The notes beneath the pieces are model-generated. The model was not told where the DNA came from and did not search any database. It saw only the letters and a program-made list of their open reading frames with translations. From Camelus dromedarius (Eukaryota): a stretch of 64,000 nt of DNA. The stretch is from positions 63,552,001 through 63,616,000 of the forward strand of contig NC_087437.1 in the NCBI RefSeq assembly GCF_036321535.1, given 5' to 3'. The translations under genes were made by a program, and so were the position numbers. The first letter of the stretch is position 1, and the number at the start of each line of letters is the position of its first letter. Positions 25,414-38,900 of the stretch are shown here, piece after piece.

Positions 25414-28400
25414 ATGAGACTTTTGTTTGCTGGTATTTCACATTCTTGGGTTGTGGGGAGAAGCGGGGGGGGGGGGGGGGGCCTAAATCCTGCCATCTGG
25501 GGCCTTTCAGGGCTTGGAGTTCTCAGATGGGTCAGTTTATACCTAGAGAAGAGGTGGGAGTGAGAGGGGTGTTTTCCCTTGACCCTCAGTTTGGTTTGCA
25601 ATGTTTTTGTAAATCCCAAGTCTGGATGGGAGCTTCAAGGCCAGCAGGCGTCCCACACCCCACTCTGGTGGCCGGCACTGGAATAGAGTCCCGCCTGAGC
25701 TCCAGGCTAATGCTGGAGGCTCTGCACAGGGCAGAGTACAGAGCTCCCAGGAGGTGGCATTTTACCCTTGAAGGGTAGAGGGCGGCCCGAGTGGACAGGT
25801 TCTGTCAAATCCAGATCAGCTGAGACGTCAGAAGCACTCCCCCGGCCAGCTGCCCTCCCTCCTGTCCCCTGAGGGCACCCCTCTCCACCCTTCCCTCACC
25901 CCTCCTCTGGCATTCTTCCTTCCTCTTAAAAACCCAAATGATGCATTCGAAGACGATAGCATTATCCCTCTCAGCTCAGGAAGAAGTTTCTATCTTCACT
26001 CTGCAGCTCAGGCAGCAAATCTGTCACAGCTGAGCGTTTTGAATCTGCTGAAGGAGTAAAGGGGAAACTGGCCAGGAGAGAAAGAAATGGGGTATTTTCT
26101 GTTAATGTGTTGGCACGATAGCTTTTTCACGTGAAAATCCTCAGCTGGGTAGGGGCCTCCAGGGGTCATCTCATCCATCCCCCGCCTCTGCTAGTTCAGT
26201 CTGTCCACAAGCAGGAGGGAGTGGGGCATCACCATGGAGGGGGGCAGGTGAGATGTCCAAGCCTTCCCTGCCACCCCTGTGGGCCCTTCCCGGTTGGAAA
26301 GTTTTGTGGAAAACTGACCTAAAACCTTGACCGGGAGCATTTCCTGGGTTACCCTGTGGTGACCTCTCTGGGCAAGGATGCAGGGTGGGCAGCCGTTGTC
26401 CTTGGGACACGTACAGTCTCACAGGCCCACACAGTGTGAGGTCCATGGCTGTAACACCCTCAGGGAGGCTGATATTGAGACAACTGAGGGCAATGCTCAC
26501 AGCCATGCCGCTGTTCTGGAAGTGGCATGGAAGTTGCAGAGCCACCAACAGCTGCTTATAAACAGTCCATGCAACAAAGCAGTGTAAGCAGACCTCAGCC
26601 CTGGTCTCAGAAACACACCTGAGCCCTTAGACACTGGCTGTTCACACCCAGCATGCCTTATGTGGTATCTGCTGGACACCGAGACCCTTTGACACTAGCT
26701 ACCCCAGTAAGGCCAACCACAGAATCACCTCAGAGGGACAGTTTAGGGCCAAAGTTGAGGAAGAAGACATGATTAAAAGGCCAGTGCAGGGAGAGGTTAG
26801 AGAGAGACAGGAGTGGAGGGGTTGGAGAGGGTTGGAGGGTATTATGGAGAGAGCCCCAAATCCAACTTTAAAAAATATTCTGAATATTTGTAGTTCTCCT
26901 TTGAAAAGTAATAGCTTGCACTAATTGAACACCATGTGCCAGACACTGGCCCAGGCATCTTACACTTTTCACTCATATAATCTTCATAACCACTATACTG
27001 CCCATCTAACAGAGCAGCTAAGGACCTTGCCCAAGCTAGTTAGCAACAGAGCTGGGATTGGAACACGGGCAGTTGAGTTCCCAACCCTGGACCACTATGC
27101 TCTGTCACCTCTTCGTTAGTTCTTGTTAGTGTGTTGGCATACTTGTCCTTCCCTGATCAGCTCCCCAAGAGCATTGTCTGTCAAGGGAAAGTGCTAATGG
27201 CTATTTACCCCCAACACTGTCAACAGCTGTCCAGAGGCTGGAAGCCTGCTGGTGCCTTCTGGGCTTGTGAGTTTCAAGTATTTTCACTGCAGCGGAGGAA
27301 GCAGACCTCGAAACGGGCCTGTCCACCTTCCACAGCAGGGAGATGGCCTGGCCTCAAAACAGCAACGGCACTCTGTCCACCATCCCACCCCCTTCTCTAG
27401 AACTTCACTCTCCAAGTCCTTAAGAGTGGGGTGAAACACGGTCCCCAGGAGCAGGCCCGTGGTCAAGCCTTATCAGTAACCTTGTCAGCAGGCCCCATGG
27501 CAGGGAGTAGGGTCCTCTGAGAGGTGTAAGTGGGTCTGCTCTCAGTAGATCTGGAGAGAGAGAACACACACTCACAGTGATAAAACTCTTCCAGTCAAGT
27601 GCCGACGATGAGCTGCTGGGAGCAGAAGAGGGAACTGAGTGCTGGGGCCGCAGGGAAAGGCTGGTGGTGAAAGAGCTGTGTCCTGACCTGACCCTTGAAG
27701 GCAAGCAGGGCTCCCAGTGAGGAGAGGGAGGGCATGGGCTTTCCAGGCAGGGGAGCAGGCAGCAGCAGAGGCAAGCCCGCTCACAGAGTGGTCTGGGTGA
27801 AGAGGGAAGCATGGCCTGTTCCGTCCTCCATCATGCTAAGGAACTCAATTCTAAAGGCAGTAGGGCCATGTAAGAGTTGGGAATGGGGAGCAATGGACAC
27901 AGCTGGGGTTTAGGGGTTTTGATTGATTCTGTGCCCAAACACAAGGAAGGAGCTTACTGAAGAGGTTGGAGAGAAAGGTGGTGAGGCCTGGACTAACAAG
28001 GTAGCCATGGCCACAGACAGGAAATAACCAGTTCAAGAAGCAAGGGTAGAATTAATAGAACCTGTTGCCTGGCTTAGTGGGGATAGGGGTAAAGAAGAGG
28101 AAGGAGTAGAGGACCACTGAGTGTCTGTGTGTGGGTGCCTAGGTCCCAGTGATGGCATCAGTGGGAACAAGGAGGCTGGTGTTTGAGGTGGTTTGTAGGG
28201 AGAAGGGGGTGCTAAGTGGGTTTCCCCATCCTTCACACCCCACTCAGCAACCTCTCCACCCACACCTCCTTGAACCCCTCTTGCTCCATTGCACTGAACC
28301 CCAGTCTGTTATCTAAGATCAAGATTGGATTCGTCCAAGAGCCCTTCCCAGACCATTGTCACCAGGGCCTTTGGCCATGACTGACTCTTGTGCTCTCTCC

Positions 28401-31400
28401 CCATCAATGTGTGTATCTGTGCATTTGCTGCTAGTGGATGCTGTTCATAGGTTTCAGGGGGACTTCTCTGAACCCTATAGCTTAGCTAGGGCTTGCCCGC
28501 AGGCCTCCCCTAGACACGATTATGTCCACTCCATTTAGGGCCGAGGAGAGCAGAAGAGGTGTGGTGGCAGTCAGATGGATCTGACTGTAAATTCTTGGAG
28601 GGATGTGTGGAGATGTCCTTGCTCTTCCTGCATCCCTGGAGCTGCTGGGCGGATGGTGTTCACTTACAACAGCTGGGTCTGCCCTCCGGGCCTGCAGGGT
28701 GGCCTCCCCAGGCCCCTCCTGGACCTCCGGCAGAGCTGCTCAGGCCTTGGCCGAGGAGTGGGAGGCCAGCGGCCGGCCAGTGAGCTTTGTGCTGCTCCTG
28801 AGAAGTGCTTTCATCTTTATGCCTTATTTCCTGTTGCCCGGGCCAGGCTTCTCTCCCTGGCAAACATTTCTCCCAATCTAATAATGAGGATTCATTTTTG
28901 TTGCTGTTGTCCACCAATGATTCATTTTTAATTGCCTTCAGTGTGGGATCTTGCAAAGGCTTTTTCAAAACCTGTGTAAGTCCGTCCTGCAAAACACAGG
29001 GATTTGTACAGCACCTACTGTGTGGGAGGCAGTATTCTGGCCCCTTTTGTTGTGTGCATAATCCACTTGAATTATGACTAGGAATTTTTTTTCCTTTTAG
29101 AAATTATATTAACTTTTTCAATGGTAGGTTATGTTTGATGAAGTGTTCATGACTTTCTCTTGCATAGATCCTGTCAGATCACCTGCCACAGAAATACGCC
29201 TTGGTCATTCTCAGAATGGTAAATTTTTTTTTTTCCGTGACTGCATTCCAGACTCAGGAAAAACATTCACAATAGACACAGTTGCTGCCCTCCGAGAGCT
29301 AGTGTTGGGGAGAGGTGTGTGTTCCAGGAATGGCCTTGGAAGACTTGCTCTGATGAAGGTGAATTTAGGGCACAGAAGAGGTCCATCTGTGGCTGGGGTT
29401 GCTTACAGGTGGCATGGAGGGCACCGTCCCTGAGGAGGTGACCTGGAGCTGAGTCACACTGTCCTGATATGCCAGGGGAACTAGGTCAGGAGACAGTGCT
29501 GACTGAGGACAGCCTCGGAGTAGAGCGTCTAGGGTTTGGGCCCCGCCTCTCCTCTCCCCACACACTCGGAAAAAGAGCAGGATGGAGTCTTCAGACTCAG
29601 TGGCCGTGAGGGCTCTCCCAGGGATGGTGCTAGCTGAGCCATTCATCGGATCCCTGGTTCTGTGGTGACCGCTCCCATCCCCCTTGCCTCCCTCTCAAAA
29701 TTCCCCACCAGGCTGAGGCTTCTCAAAAAAACTCTGGGAAACAGTTTTTCTTCTGGAGGTCAGGAATAAGCTGTCCCACCGGAAATACCAGATTCTTCAA
29801 TCTGGGCTAGCCCAGCCCAGGGCCTGCCGGGGCCCTCCCCCTGCCCACGCATGTGGCCAGGGGTCCAGGCCCTGAGCGGCTTGGAAAAGCTGCCTTCTCT
29901 GATGCTTTCCCCCCATCAGAGGGGAGGGCTGTGGTCTGCATGCTCCACCTCTCCTGGGGGGTCTCACTACTGTCCTTGCAGTTTGTGGCATTTGGGTTTA
30001 AGGCTGCAGGCACCTGGGGGCCTAAAGCTGAAAGGCAATCAAGGATTCGACCAGGATGTTCATTGGGAGTGGGGGATCTGCTGTCAGAGCCATAGCCTCA
30101 GACTGAGGGAAATGAGGGAGATGGGGTCTATTTCTTCTGAGCCTCAAGTCTGGGGGCCAGAGGTCATCTTCCCATTCCCTGCCCTCCCAGATGAATGAAA
30201 ATTTCTCTCTCTAGAAGATAGTTACCCTCATTCCCCGATTCCTGTGCCTCATGGTTCTCACTCTCATGACACACGTCCTAAAAATCCAACCTAAATCCTT
30301 TCTGTGACAGTTCCTGCAAATTCTGTCTCCTGACCCCAGGGAGAAGAGGTCCTGACTCACTGCCCTCCCCTGTGGGAGAGCGTAGTGAGGCCCTTCCCGA
30401 AGGGGTGGTAGAAATGAGAGTGTAGGAGTGAGGGGCGCAGATCAGCTGTCCTGCCCCAGGGGGTCAGTAGGACCAGGTCTCCCTATCTAAGATTTTACTC
30501 AGGTGCCGAGAAGTAAAGAGAACTATTATGTCTCTGCATTCTCTTCCAGCCTCAGTGAGGTTCTCTGGCAGAACTGACGTCGCCCTCCTCTCTCTGAGTA
30601 TCCTTGGATTTGTTAGTCACATCTATGCATCTGTCTGATGGGGGTGCTGGTACTTTTGAGACCAAAGGCCCTCTGGGAGCAGGGCCTGTTGGCCTTCCTC
30701 CTGGCCATGCAGCTCCACCTGTACACCTGGGATGCACACAGCTCAGCCCGCTCAGGGCCAACGGCTTGTGCTGCATAATGTGGTGGTAAGGGAGGTGGCC
30801 AAAAGCAGTGGCTCCAGGCGGCAGGATGCGTGCGGCTCTGGCTCTGTCCTCTTCCTCGTGTGATGACGGCTGCCCTGACAACAGGGCAGCTTTGGGCAGG
30901 ACGCCATGCTGCTGGCTGGTATGTGTATCTGATGGCAGGAACTAGGGGACTGCTGCCCTCCTGTCTGGCCCAGCAGTCCCAGTCCTCAGCTGGCCCATCC
31001 TCACACTCCAAGGGAACCACCCAACCCAGGGAAGTAGCAAAGCCTGGGATGAGAGAGTTAGAATGGGTGAGGACCAGAATCCTGTGCATGCCCAGTCTGA
31101 CCAGAAGAGGTATGCTTGGGCAGGGGTGGACTCATGGGGAAGAAGTCCATCCCACCCCTCTCTGAGGGGACCAAAACACCCTGCACTAAGGGAGACAGCC
31201 CCCCAGCACCCTTCTCCCAGCCCAGGGCCCCTCATTGTCCATAATTCTCAGCTCAGATACCATTTCTGGAAAGCCAGCTCCGGGGTTTCAGGCTGATCAC
31301 CGTCTCCTCCCAACTGATCTTCCCACAGGCCAGTGTCCCTGCTGAACAGGGGCTCCTGCCCTCGCCCACCCACTTCTTTGTTCAAAGATCCTTTTCTAGG

Positions 31401-31866
31401 ATGCATTCCCAGAATCAATGCTGTGCGCTGGGCGGAGCATCCTCACCTACCCCGTCCCTCCTGTAGTCTGTGCACTGTGCCTGACTGCTGCTTGTCTCTC
31501 CTGGTGATGCGCAGTGTGGGCGCCTGTGTGCATCTGCCCCTTCTGTTGCTCTCCAAAGGCAGAGACTATTTTTTTCTCTTCTTCTTACCTTTCCCTTATA
31601 TCCCCATAAGAGAACTTGCTGGAAGTGGGGTTGGGTACCAGCAGATAGTGTATTTAGGGGTCAGTTATTTTGGACCTGAGTTTTCAGCAAAAAGTGCCCT
31701 GGCTTTGGTGGGGAGCGGGTGTTGATTCCCACAGGGCCTCTGACTTCCAGGCTTCCAAGGCTGCCCATGTGAGTAATGCTTGCCTGTGATGCTCCAGGTG
31801 TTAGGGCACGGATTGAACCCAGACCTGGTCTACTAAACAACTCTTCCTCTTCCTCTTCTTCCTCAG

Positions 31867-31983
31867 GCTCACTGTGCTCCGTTTCCATCGAGAAGGCACT
31901 GCCTGAGGACAGAGGTTTATACAAGTGTGTAGCCAAGAACAGCGCTGGCCAGGCCGAGTGCTCCTGCCAAGTCACCGTGGACG
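31867..31983 (+). CDS. MYLK: MYLK coding exon (117 bp), Ig domain C-terminal half
   Basis: (ctcttc)n tract plus cag acceptor, donor G|gtaggt. Encodes GSLCSVSIEKALPEDRGLYKCVAKNSAGQAECSCQVTVD. Confidence 0.96.
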
Positions 31984-33131
31984 GTAGGTCGTGCCCACCC
32001 ATCGCCGCCGCACATAGAGTCCTGCTTCTCAGCACTCCCTTCCTACCATTCCCGAACAGAACTGCACCCAAGGCTGCCACCCCTACTTAAGGCATTTGCT
32101 TTGTGAATGTCAAGCCATCTTCTGCAAAACAGTGAGACAGGAAGGAAAGCAGGAACTCTACTTGATGGTCCCTCCCCCGGCTGGGAGTAGGGCTGCTCAT
32201 CTTGTCGGCCCCCCTCCCCAGTCCTGACCCCAACATGCCAGGCAGGGAAGCCGGACACAGGGCAGGAGGAGAAGAGACACACCCACAGGAAAATGACTAC
32301 ATAGTATTTTACAAGCCGCAGCAAACAAGTGTCAGTGCTGGCAGGACAGACCCTTGAGGAGGAGGACGGAGAGTGGGGTCCCTGTGGGGACACTTCCTCT
32401 GGAAGGTGAGTTGGGGCTGAGTTTTCGGGGAGAGGGGACAGGCCTGCCTCTGCAAGAAGAAATAAGTAATCATAATACAGCAGAGGAAGAGGGAGAGACA
32501 TGTGGGGACAGAGGTCTGCCAGGTCTGAGTGGAGTTCCGTGTGAGGAGGGGCAAGTCCACGCTGTGAAGCGTGGGGATTTGTCCTAAAGAAATGCAGGCA
32601 GTGTATTTGTGACTCTCCTTTCTCTCCTCAGGATGGAGTGAGAACTAGAGACTTTGGGGTGGAACAAACCTTGTGATGGTTTAGGGTGGGAAACCCAGGC
32701 CATTCAGGGAGGGAAAGCAGCCCTCGTAAGTTTCCCTGCTCTACTTAGGGCCAAGCAGGACCAGACTACATTTTAAGACTTGCAATCCAGTGCCCTTTCT
32801 GGATTTTTATTTTGTTACTTTCCTGGAACTGTATAAAAAGGTAGTTTGGGGAAAACAATCTCTTGCCCTTGAAATGCCTGGTTCGTAACTATTGGTGACA
32901 CGTTAAAAGCTAGTGTCCAAAAAAGGCATCTTGAAGACTAGCTTTGTGGTTCCTCTGACTCCTGAATATAACTACTTGGTTCTAAAACCCTAGCCTGTCT
33001 CACTGCCATTCCACAGGACGTGGAATCATTGTCCCTACTCTGGATTTTGTAATATGATTTCCTGATCATAAAAGCTGAGATCTGTGATACATAATGAATG
33101 GGAGAAAAGAAAAGACAGTCTTCAAAAGTCT

Positions 33132-33134
<3 letters not shown>

Positions 33135-33168
<34 letters not shown>
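33135..33168. repeat. (AC)17 microsatellite
   Basis: Read directly from the sequence. Confidence 0.95.
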
Positions 33169-33171
<3 letters not shown>

Positions 33172-35444
33172 GGCAATACAAACTAATTGACAGTAGCCAA
33201 CAGTAAAGCTGACATTGCAGAATACTGTGTGTGTCTCCTCGGAGTTCGGGGAGTGCGTCTGTCACAGGGGCTCTCTGAGTCTAAGGGAGCAGATCTGATG
33301 GATCAGAGTGTGTAGTCAGCTCAGCAGAGGCTTGGAGCGCTTGTTCTGAGGCTCCGGGAAGGAGCTGCTGTTAGTGATTCCTCCTGTCACCACTCAGGTC
33401 AGAGCCCTGCTTTTCTCTAGACAGATGCTGCCATTTAAAAAATTGTGTTTCTGGGAACTTAACCCCATACTTGGGACCAGTGCTGGTTCCAACCGATCTA
33501 TGAGGAAGCCCTGCCTGCTAATGAGGTCATCTGCTTTTGGAATCCCTGGCATCTTTGGGTCCTATTTACATGGCTAGCTGAAGGCAGGAGGACAATTCAT
33601 TCTCCTTATCTGCAAAGTGTCAGCACCTTTTCCAGAAAGAGCAAACAGTTTATTTTTAAAACCTAACTTTGTTTTCAAAATAAAATTTCCTTTCCCCCAG
33701 TACAGAATACTCTGTGGGGAGGGGGATTCTTTTTTGTCTCTGATTCCTTCAGAGGGGCCTCTGTAGGGTTTGGCCTCAGGCTGCAGTTTGGAAGTTGGGT
33801 CTTAGGAGGAGAGCTAGGAAAGGAATCAGAGGAAGACCAGCTGAGATAACAGGACTGACTCCTGTTTTTCAAAGAGATAAAGGGCAGCCCCTTCCACACC
33901 CACTCTCTTCCCTGTTGCTATACAAGATCTGTCCACACCCTGCATGTGAGTGGCCTTCTTGCCACATTTAGCGTTATCTTTCCATCAAAAGCCACCTCTG
34001 GGCAAGGAGTAAAGGACTGCAGGCTCCTGAGCATCTTTCCCTGTGCTCCTCTCAGCTGAGTAGGCTTTAGGTCCTGCTCCGTCCCCAGTCCTCTCAGAGA
34101 GGGTCCCTGGGGCAGTAGTACCTGGCTTGGAGATCCAATAGATCCATGCACCCTTTGATGTTAAGGCAATATTTTGTGTGTTTGTGGATTAGAGCATTTT
34201 TCTGAGGAGAGAGTTTATAGTTTTTAATCAAATTCTTTAAAGAAGTCATGAATTAAAATACAATAAAGAACCGCTCGCCCTAAGAAGCAACCCTGACTGA
34301 ATTTTCAAGTCCCATCATTGTGTGGGGCCATCCGTCTTTCCACCTATAAGCTGCCCCCTGGACCTCTGGATAGAACGATCCTACATCCCTCCCAAGGGGC
34401 TGCAAGGTCCCTCCGCACTCAGGGTGAGGACCACAGCTGATGCTGATGTCAGGCTGGCCCTGCATCGTCACTTGCTGTCACTCACCCAGCCTGTGCCAAA
34501 CACCATTAAGACTATACTTCTGTGGCCAATATAATGATGTATTTCAAGACCTCATAAAAATGACTGGCTCATCGGCTGTTCGCTATTAGCCACACTACTT
34601 CCCTCTTATAGGAAAGACAGAGGGAGGTAGCTTTCACATTGCAGCACCTCTGGCTCTTTCAGTCATGCTGTTTGGGTTGTTTCTGTAAAGAAGAGGTGCT
34701 CCTGTGCATGTTCTTAATTATGGTCCTACTGCTGTCCTTTCCAAGCGCCGTAGCAGGCATGTCAGCTTGTACCACAGAAGGCAGTTGAAGCCTGGAGTGG
34801 GTAAGAACTTGCCAGAAAACTCACCCAGTAGGAGAAAACACTGACCTTCAAGGCCTGCCATGGCCAGAGACTTTTGTGCATTTTTAGTTTATGCAACAGA
34901 TGAGCAGGGTATCTTTCTCAGTGGGAAAACCGAGGCTCAGCGAGGGTCAGCAGCCCTTCCCTGGTCACAAAGACATTACGCAGGAGATCCTGTGTCTCTG
35001 ATCCCGAAGCCCAGGCCCTTCAAGTCACCCTGAGCAGGGAGTCACAGCCTGAGTTACCCTGGCAGGACTTGAACCCAGGTGTGCCTTGTTCCAGTGTCTG
35101 CACCTTTCCACGACCTGCAGGGCCTCCCTGTCTAGTGGAAAACATGACAGTGTCCGCTATCCAAGAGATCTGGGTCTCCCTTAGGGACAGCCCTTCCTGC
35201 TGGGAAGTCCTTCTGCACCTCTGGCCTGAGTAGCCCATTCCCTCTCATTCAGACCCAGGTGAGAAATGAGGAGGCAAAGCCTTTTGTAGGCCCCAGTGCC
35301 AGGACAGGGCAACGCAGGTGGCCCTTCCCAGACACCCAACTGAGGGCATGAGGCCTCAGCTACCAGTGAGGCCAGGGGCTTCATAACCATGGAGGGTGGT
35401 ACATGTGTGTGGTAGAGGGTGGCGTTCCACTGGGCACCTGCACT

Positions 35445-36710
35445 GTCACTCATCCAACTGGTATGTCAGTGCCCACTCTGCCAGGCAGTGCTCCTGGGGC
35501 TGGAGTTAAAAGCAGTGAACAAAACAGAGATTCCTGTTCTCAAGGACTTTACATTTGAGTGAGGGAGAGACAAAAATATGGATGAACAGATATGTCATGT
35601 GATCTCAGGCAAAAACACGTGCTTTGAAGAGAGCGAAGCAGGGTGTTGGGGGAGGGATGCTGTTGTGGGAGAGGGTGTGGCCTTTCTGAGGAAGAGGCAT
35701 TTGAATAGGGGCCTGAAGACTTATGGGAAGGAATCTCAGCAGGAGGAAGGAAGAGGTAAGGAACCGGAGCAAAGCCCTGAGCGAAGCTTGGGCCAGAGCA
35801 CTCCCAGAAGGAGGAGCAAGGAGACCAGGGTGGCCGAGCCCTGGGTTGGGAGCAGAATGGGAGGAAATGAGGCTGAGGAGGACCAGCGTCCAGATCTGCA
35901 GGGCCTTGCAGACCATGACCAGGACACTGGATTTTATTCTAAGTGTGATGGAACAACACTGGATGCTGTAAAGGACCACTTAGGTAGGGGCCAGACCCAG
36001 GAGGGGTAAGAGGGAAGGCAGGGAGAGCAGATGGGAGTTTGCTGGGGTGGCCCAGGCAGGAGATGATGGCAGCTTACACTCCACGGAAGAGGTGGGAAAT
36101 GATCAGATTTATCATATTTTGACAGTAAAGCAGATAGAATTTTCTGATGCATTGCAAACAGAGAGAGAGAGACAGCGATGTCAAAGGTGATCCTTGGTTT
36201 TCATGGGGGAGCGCAAGTCAATGGTGGTACTACCTACTGAGATCAGGGGGTGGGGGAACAGTCAAGAGTTTCGTGAAGTGAAGTTTAAGGATATCCATTA
36301 GACATCCAAGTGGGCATGTCACATAGAAAGGCATTTAGATGAATCTGGAGTGGAGGAGGGAGGTCAGGGTTGGAGGCAGGATATGAGGAGCCATCCACAT
36401 GAGGCCACTGAATGCCCTGGGGTTAAATGTCCCTAGGGGTGGATGTGGATGGAGTAGGGAAAGAGAGACTCCAACACAGAAGTAAAGCAAGACGGAGGTC
36501 TGCGAAGGAGCCTGAGAAGGAATGGCCACAGTGAGACAGGAAGAAATCCAGGAGAGAGAGGAGTCCCAGAGGCTAGATAGTGATCATATCAATAAGAAAG
36601 GAATGATGGAGATCAGCGCTTCAAATGCTTCTGCCAAGTGGAATAAATGAGCCTGAGCATTGGCTGTTGGATTTGGTAACTCGGAGATAACTTGTAACCA
36701 TGACAATGAA
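35445..36710 (-). mobile_element. LINE-2 fragment, about 1.2 kb
   Basis: Antisense L2 3' region (gccaggcagtgctcctggggctgg...gcagtgaacaaaacagag...gacatccaagtgg...ttggatttggtaac). Confidence 0.8.
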
Positions 36711-36955
36711 ATTTAAAGCCTCATTTGAGGTGTACAGAGACCAAGTGATGTACTGAGGGCCACACAGCTAATACCTAGCTGGGTGGGAATTTAAACTCAA
36801 GTGTTGGCTCCTAACCACTGTGGTCACTGCTGTCGTGGCCAGGGAGCCTCTCTGATTATGGCTGAGCTGACTTTGACCCACTCTTCTTTTCTTGGCTTCT
36901 GTCTGCTCCCACTTTCGTGATTATTCTTTATATTATCACAGCCAGCTGATGTGTA

Positions 36956-37032
36956 TTAGGCTGAACTAAATAAAATTGCCCCTTCAGTAGGTCAGAAACA
37001 CTTGAATATTGGCAAGTGGTGGTTCAACCTGA
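36956..37032. mobile_element. MADE2-like mariner-derived miniature element
   Basis: About 77 bp with inverted ends ttaggctgaact...ggttcaacctga and internal aaattgcc...ggcaa, preceded by TA. Confidence 0.7.
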
Positions 37033-38840
37033 AACAAGTGTATGAAACTTAGCATCGTGCCAGGCACGGACTGAGGACCCAGTAAATACCAGCTCTTACC
37101 CCACATCTCATTCACTCCTCTGTTGATGTATTATTATTCCCATTTTCCTGGTGAAGAAGGTCAGGAACTAGCCCAAGGACTCACAGTCACCCAACTGGAA
37201 AGCCAGAAAGGCACTTATCCTAACCAGAGCTCCCTCCCTCCTGATTATGCCAGCCTGCTGCTTGTTCCCAGGCAGAGAGAGAGGCCAGCCCCTCTGCCCT
37301 GCCTATGCATGGGGCTCCTGGAAGCTCAGACCCCTCCCAGAAGCCTCCCAAGACCTTATTCCCCCTGCCTAGGGTTACCTCTCTCGGGGGAGAGAGAAGA
37401 AATGCTGCCTTGGAGGGCTGAGCCCAGAGTGAGCCCAGGAGTGGAAGGGGTGAGGTGTTGTCCATAAAAGGACACGTTTTCCTCTCTATGTGGAGGCCCC
37501 CCACCTCCACACACCACCACCTTCCTCCCCCATGCTTCTCTGGGGGCACAAGAAAGCCAGCAAAGGACTCCAGCCCTGGGGCCCAGATCTAGAAATGGAG
37601 TTCAATTTCATCACAAAAACTGATTAAAATAGACAGAAAATACAGACTGCTCTTAAACTTTTATTACTATTATTTTTATCCCCTGGACAGCCGTGTGAGC
37701 ACAGAGCTGTTTCTGATTAAGCACATGGTTGTGTCCCAGCCCACTTCTTCCTGCGGTTCTCACGGATGTCTGGTGGCTCGTGGCGCAGCACAGCCCCCAG
37801 GGGGCGGGGGCGCTGCAGAGGGAAGAGGGGGCTCGGTCCCACCCCTGTGGGTTTCCAATTCTGGGTGTGTGCCTGGTTTGACAGGGAAGCTTGAGCCCCT
37901 TTCCTCACTGCCAGATGGAAAGATAAGGTGCAGAGAACGTCTACAAACAACGCTTAAAGCACATGACAGTGGTGTACTTACTTGTCAGTGTAAAGCTAGC
38001 ACTCAAGAGCTGTGGAGGGACGCAGAGGCAGGAAACATGCAGTAGGGGCAGGGCAGGGAGGGCTTTCTGAAGGTGGAGGATTTTAAAGCAGATTTGGGAA
38101 GGAGGCAAGGAAATGTGGCGAACAGGAGAAATGAATGAATAGGTAAATGATGGGTTTTCTGCCCTGCATTCTCTCCCTTGAGCCTTGTAAGGCTGTGAGG
38201 TGGAGAAGATGAGTGTCATTCCCTCAGTATAGATGTGGATCTAGAGACCCGGGGCAGCTGAAGTGATTTGCCCAGGATCCCAGGACTGTTGATGACAAAG
38301 CCGAAACCAGAGCCCTCCTCTCTCTGTCCCTGCTCTAACACGAGTGGAGGAAGAGCCCAACACCCCCTACCAAGGAGAGCAGGAATCTCAGTCCCTGTCT
38401 CCCTTCTTTCAGGAACCCAGGAAAACTGGGCCTCTCAGCATCCGATCCTTTGCTTGCTCATGCCTCCGTTTACCCATCAGTTAAAAAAAAAACAATCTCA
38501 ATCCTTCTTTATCTCCCTCCTCTGATGCCCCAACACCGACCTGGAAAAAGACAGCAAAAAGAGTGCTGAAGCCAAGGAACAGGGAACTGTCCAAACATAC
38601 TCTGCCCACTCCTCCTATTCCTGAAAAGGGGGAAAACAAACAAATTTCTGGGTGCGCCTTTCTTTAAATTGTCATCGGTGCTGTCAGAAGGACTGGTCTT
38701 AAAGGAAAAGAGGAAGGAAAGGCCTGGTTTATGGCTTCCTGATCCACAAATATCAAGGGAAGCATGGACAGGTTTTCCTGACTCTAGGAATAGTCCCTGA
38801 GGCCCTCCTGTCCCCCACCCCACCTCTACATGCCCTTGTA

Positions 38841-38843
<3 letters not shown>

Positions 38844-38900
<57 letters not shown>
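38844..38900. repeat. (AC)n(AG)n compound microsatellite
   Basis: Read directly from the sequence. Confidence 0.95.
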
